NCBI GenBank assembly: GCA_965603825.1
Contig: CBFDEM010000013.1
Span: 620,001 to 684,000, forward strand
Length of the DNA stretch: 64,000 nt
Direction: 5' to 3'
Source of the DNA: Blepharisma stoltei ATCC 30299
Lineage: Eukaryota; Protista; Ciliophora
Part shown: positions 61,765 to 64,000 of the stretch, piece after piece
Layout of the letters: each line of letters opens with the position of its first letter
How positions within the stretch are numbered: position 1 is the first letter of the stretch
Position numbers and translations under genes: made by a program
Notes under the pieces: generated by a model
Told to the model about the DNA's origin: nothing
What the model saw: the letters and a program-made list of their open reading frames with translations, nothing else
Database searches by the model: none

Positions 61765-62292
61765 CTAAAATACTGTACAGCAAGATTTGTTAAAAAAGCC
61801 AATTCGTTTATACTCATTCAAAAATTGTATTTGATAGAAATTTAAAGCTCCTGGCCGATTCTTCCTAATCAAGCTGACAGCGTGGTTTTGGTCTAGTCCC
61901 GCCTCCATTAGAGCAATTGCGACTAGCACTGGTGCTCTTCCGAGGCCAGCTAGACAGTGTACAGCTATACTTGGGGTATTCTCCGAAACCTTTTTAATGC
62001 TTCCTCCTTCAAAGAAAGTCGTCTTTACAAGTTCTAACCATTCAATAATTTTGTTTCTTGGTGGAGCAGATCCATCAGTAAAATAAAGTTCCTAAATAGA
62101 GCTTACATGGACTTTGATGCCTTTGTTCTCGAAAATGCGATCATCGTACTTCCCTTCACAAGTTCTCACTAGATGGACCACTCCTTGAGCTGACAACTCT
62201 TCTGCATATTCTTCAGCGTTTTCTTGAGATGGGGCATCCATTACGATGAATTTTAAGCCACCTCTTGCGATAACCGAAGGCTTGTTTATCAT
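61765..62292 (-). CDS. PRL/PTP4A-type prenylated phosphatase; one intron
   Basis: LVRTCE, after the intron ELYFTDGSAPP, AVHCLAGLGRAPVLVAIAL, RPGALN and CAAX-like CCTVF* at 61765. Confidence 0.92.
62092..62106 (-). other. 15-nt intron GTAAGCTCTATTTAG (phase 0)
   Basis: Removal joins IKVH|ELYFTDG. Confidence 0.92.
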
Positions 62293-62971
62293 ATTTACAA
62301 GTGAGGCTGAAATGGGGATTGATAAGAATGTCGGATGAATATCGGATAATAAAAGAAAATGCGTTTTAATTCATTATATCAGTTTAAATAAGGGTAAGTA
62401 GTTATTATAGAAAAATGATTATTCAGCATAGAGAAAATAATAAATTATTTCGCAAAAGGTACAAGATATTGCTTAGAGAATCCATATTCAAAATTTGTGA
62501 AAGTAATTTAGCTCATATTTTCAGCTAATAATATTCAGGTTTATAAATTAATGCTGCAATGAGCAGTGAAAAGCTGTGAAAATGAAGATTTAGCTCAGTT
62601 TGGATTTTAATTTATACTTAAAAAATAAAAGTTGAGGAGGTTTATTAGTTCCAACCCACATAATTGATACTTCTAAAAGAACCATTTCAGCATTCTCTTA
62701 TTAAAAAAGATGATTTATTTTAATAAGGAGAAGTAATTTTAAAAAATGATTAATTAATTTTTTTAATTATTCATTTTTAATATTTAAAGATTCTAATTTT
62801 CTTTAAAATATATCTACATTATAACTAATCTTAAAAGCTTTGCCAACTGAATTTTTAAGTGAAATCCAAAAAGCATCCCACCTTTTAATATCTAAATTCG
62901 AAGGGCCAATCAAAATGAGGGACAGTTCTAACATTTGCCCATTTTATGGCAGATTTATAATTTCTATTTAA

Positions 62972-63394
62972 ATGGTAGGGTTTACTTAGGCTGGTGGAAA
63001 AGGAAAAGGAGGCAAAGGAGGCAAGGCGGCTGCAGGAAAGCATAAAAGAGTGCCTACATCAAGATCTATCAAGGCAGGGCTTCAATTTCCAGTTGGAAGA
63101 ATTCATAGACTGTTAAAAACAAGAATGCTGGCTTCTCATAGAGTTGGTGCAACTGCTGCTGTTTATACAGGAGCAGTTTTAGAATATTTAACTGCTGAAG
63201 TGCTCGAATTAGCTGGAAATGCAAGCAAGGACATGAAAGTTAAAAGAATCAGTCCTAGGCATATACAGCTTGCTATTAGAGGAGATGAAGAGCTAGACAC
63301 TTTGATCAAAGCAACTATTTCGGGTGGTGGAGTTATCCCACATATTCATAAGAATTTGTTGATCGTACCTAAAGAAAAGACAGTAGAAGTTTAA
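62972..63394 (+). CDS. H2AZ: Histone variant H2A.Z; intron directly after the ATG
   Basis: M|[12 protein letters not shown]...[12 protein letters not shown]...RVGATAAVY...ELAGNASKD...[26 protein letters not shown]. Confidence 0.95.
62975..62989 (+). other. 15-nt intron GTAGGGTTTACTTAG (phase 0, after the start codon)
   Basis: GT..AG with A at -6; gives the canonical MAGGK N-terminus. Confidence 0.92.
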
Positions 63395-64000
63395 GATTAA
63401 TCATGAATTACCTTAGTTAAATAGAAATTTTGCTATTTAGTTATTATTAGAACGTTAGCGGAAATTTTTAGTGATTTTTTTGAACTTTTACTCTTGGATT
63501 GCTACCCTTGGATCTTTTGGAATCCTTTATTTGATAAAATTATTTTTGATGTATAAGAAGGTAAGTAAGGCATTTCTCTCTCTAAGTATTAGATTTCAAC
63601 GATATTTGAAGGTTGAAGTAAAATTACCAAAGATACCGTCCTGTCCTCTTTTTGGATGCTCCATATTTTCAACTAGACTTATAACTCCATCACTCAAAGC
63701 TCGATAATATAGTCACTGCAAGATATAGATTCGTTTAGTATTTATTTTCTGGTTATTTTTTTAAAATTAGATAAAATTTAAGTATATTTCGATTTATTCT
63801 TTAAAGTTAAAATACATTTTGTCTTATAAACAAAGATGCTTTAGACCAGCTATAACAAAAGAAAACAAGTTATAAGACTTTAATAAGTTCTTAATGCTAA
63901 AAGATATTTAAATCTTTTTATACAAATAATAAAAAGTATAATTGTCTCTAATTATTTTTGCTATTTAAGACTAAACAAAGACTTGCAACAAAAAGATTAA

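Noticed and set aside
63432-63716. Possible small gene after H2A.Z (listed + ORF, or a - strand ATG at 63664 with one TGA)
   Set aside because: GC is slightly raised, but I could not build a convincing frame or intron model; left uncalled.

Overview
This is an AT-rich, very gene-dense eukaryotic window with about 49 protein genes on both strands and intergenic gaps from 12 nt to about 1 kb. It reads as macronuclear DNA of a heterotrich ciliate, most consistent with Blepharisma. Two features explain why the supplied standard-code ORF track is fragmented. (1) TGA is read as Trp: about 49 in-frame TGAs in 21 genes, several at invariant Trp positions, while every true stop is TAA or TAG. (2) Introns are 15-16 nt, GT...AG, with an invariant A at position -6 (17 well supported, 2 candidates). 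Re-reading with these rules recovers gamma-COP (partial), adenine/adenosine deaminase, PABPN1, mL41, a YY1-like zinc finger, two mu-like GSTs (one frameshifted), acyl-CoA oxidase, a MIF4G protein, a PH-FYVE protein, four kinases, a PX protein, SERP1/RAMP4 (missed by the ORF track), a UBZ-HECT ligase, RCC1, MYND-TPR, an OSCA/TMEM63-like channel, an F-box/cullin-repeat protein, a UvrD-like helicase, cyclophilin, Mon1, Piwi, Rad6/UBC2, a LamG/Cys-rich surface protein, a macrodomain protein, VAP, PRL phosphatase and H2A.Z. I recognised no tRNA, rRNA, telomere repeat, transposon or CRISPR array. The most interesting signals are gene-specific avoidance of UGA-Trp, stop codons built into 3n introns, symmetric phase-1 Cys-module exons, an F-box/cullin-repeat fusion, and gene spacers of only 12-15 nt. 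Family calls come from motif recognition by eye, without database searches.
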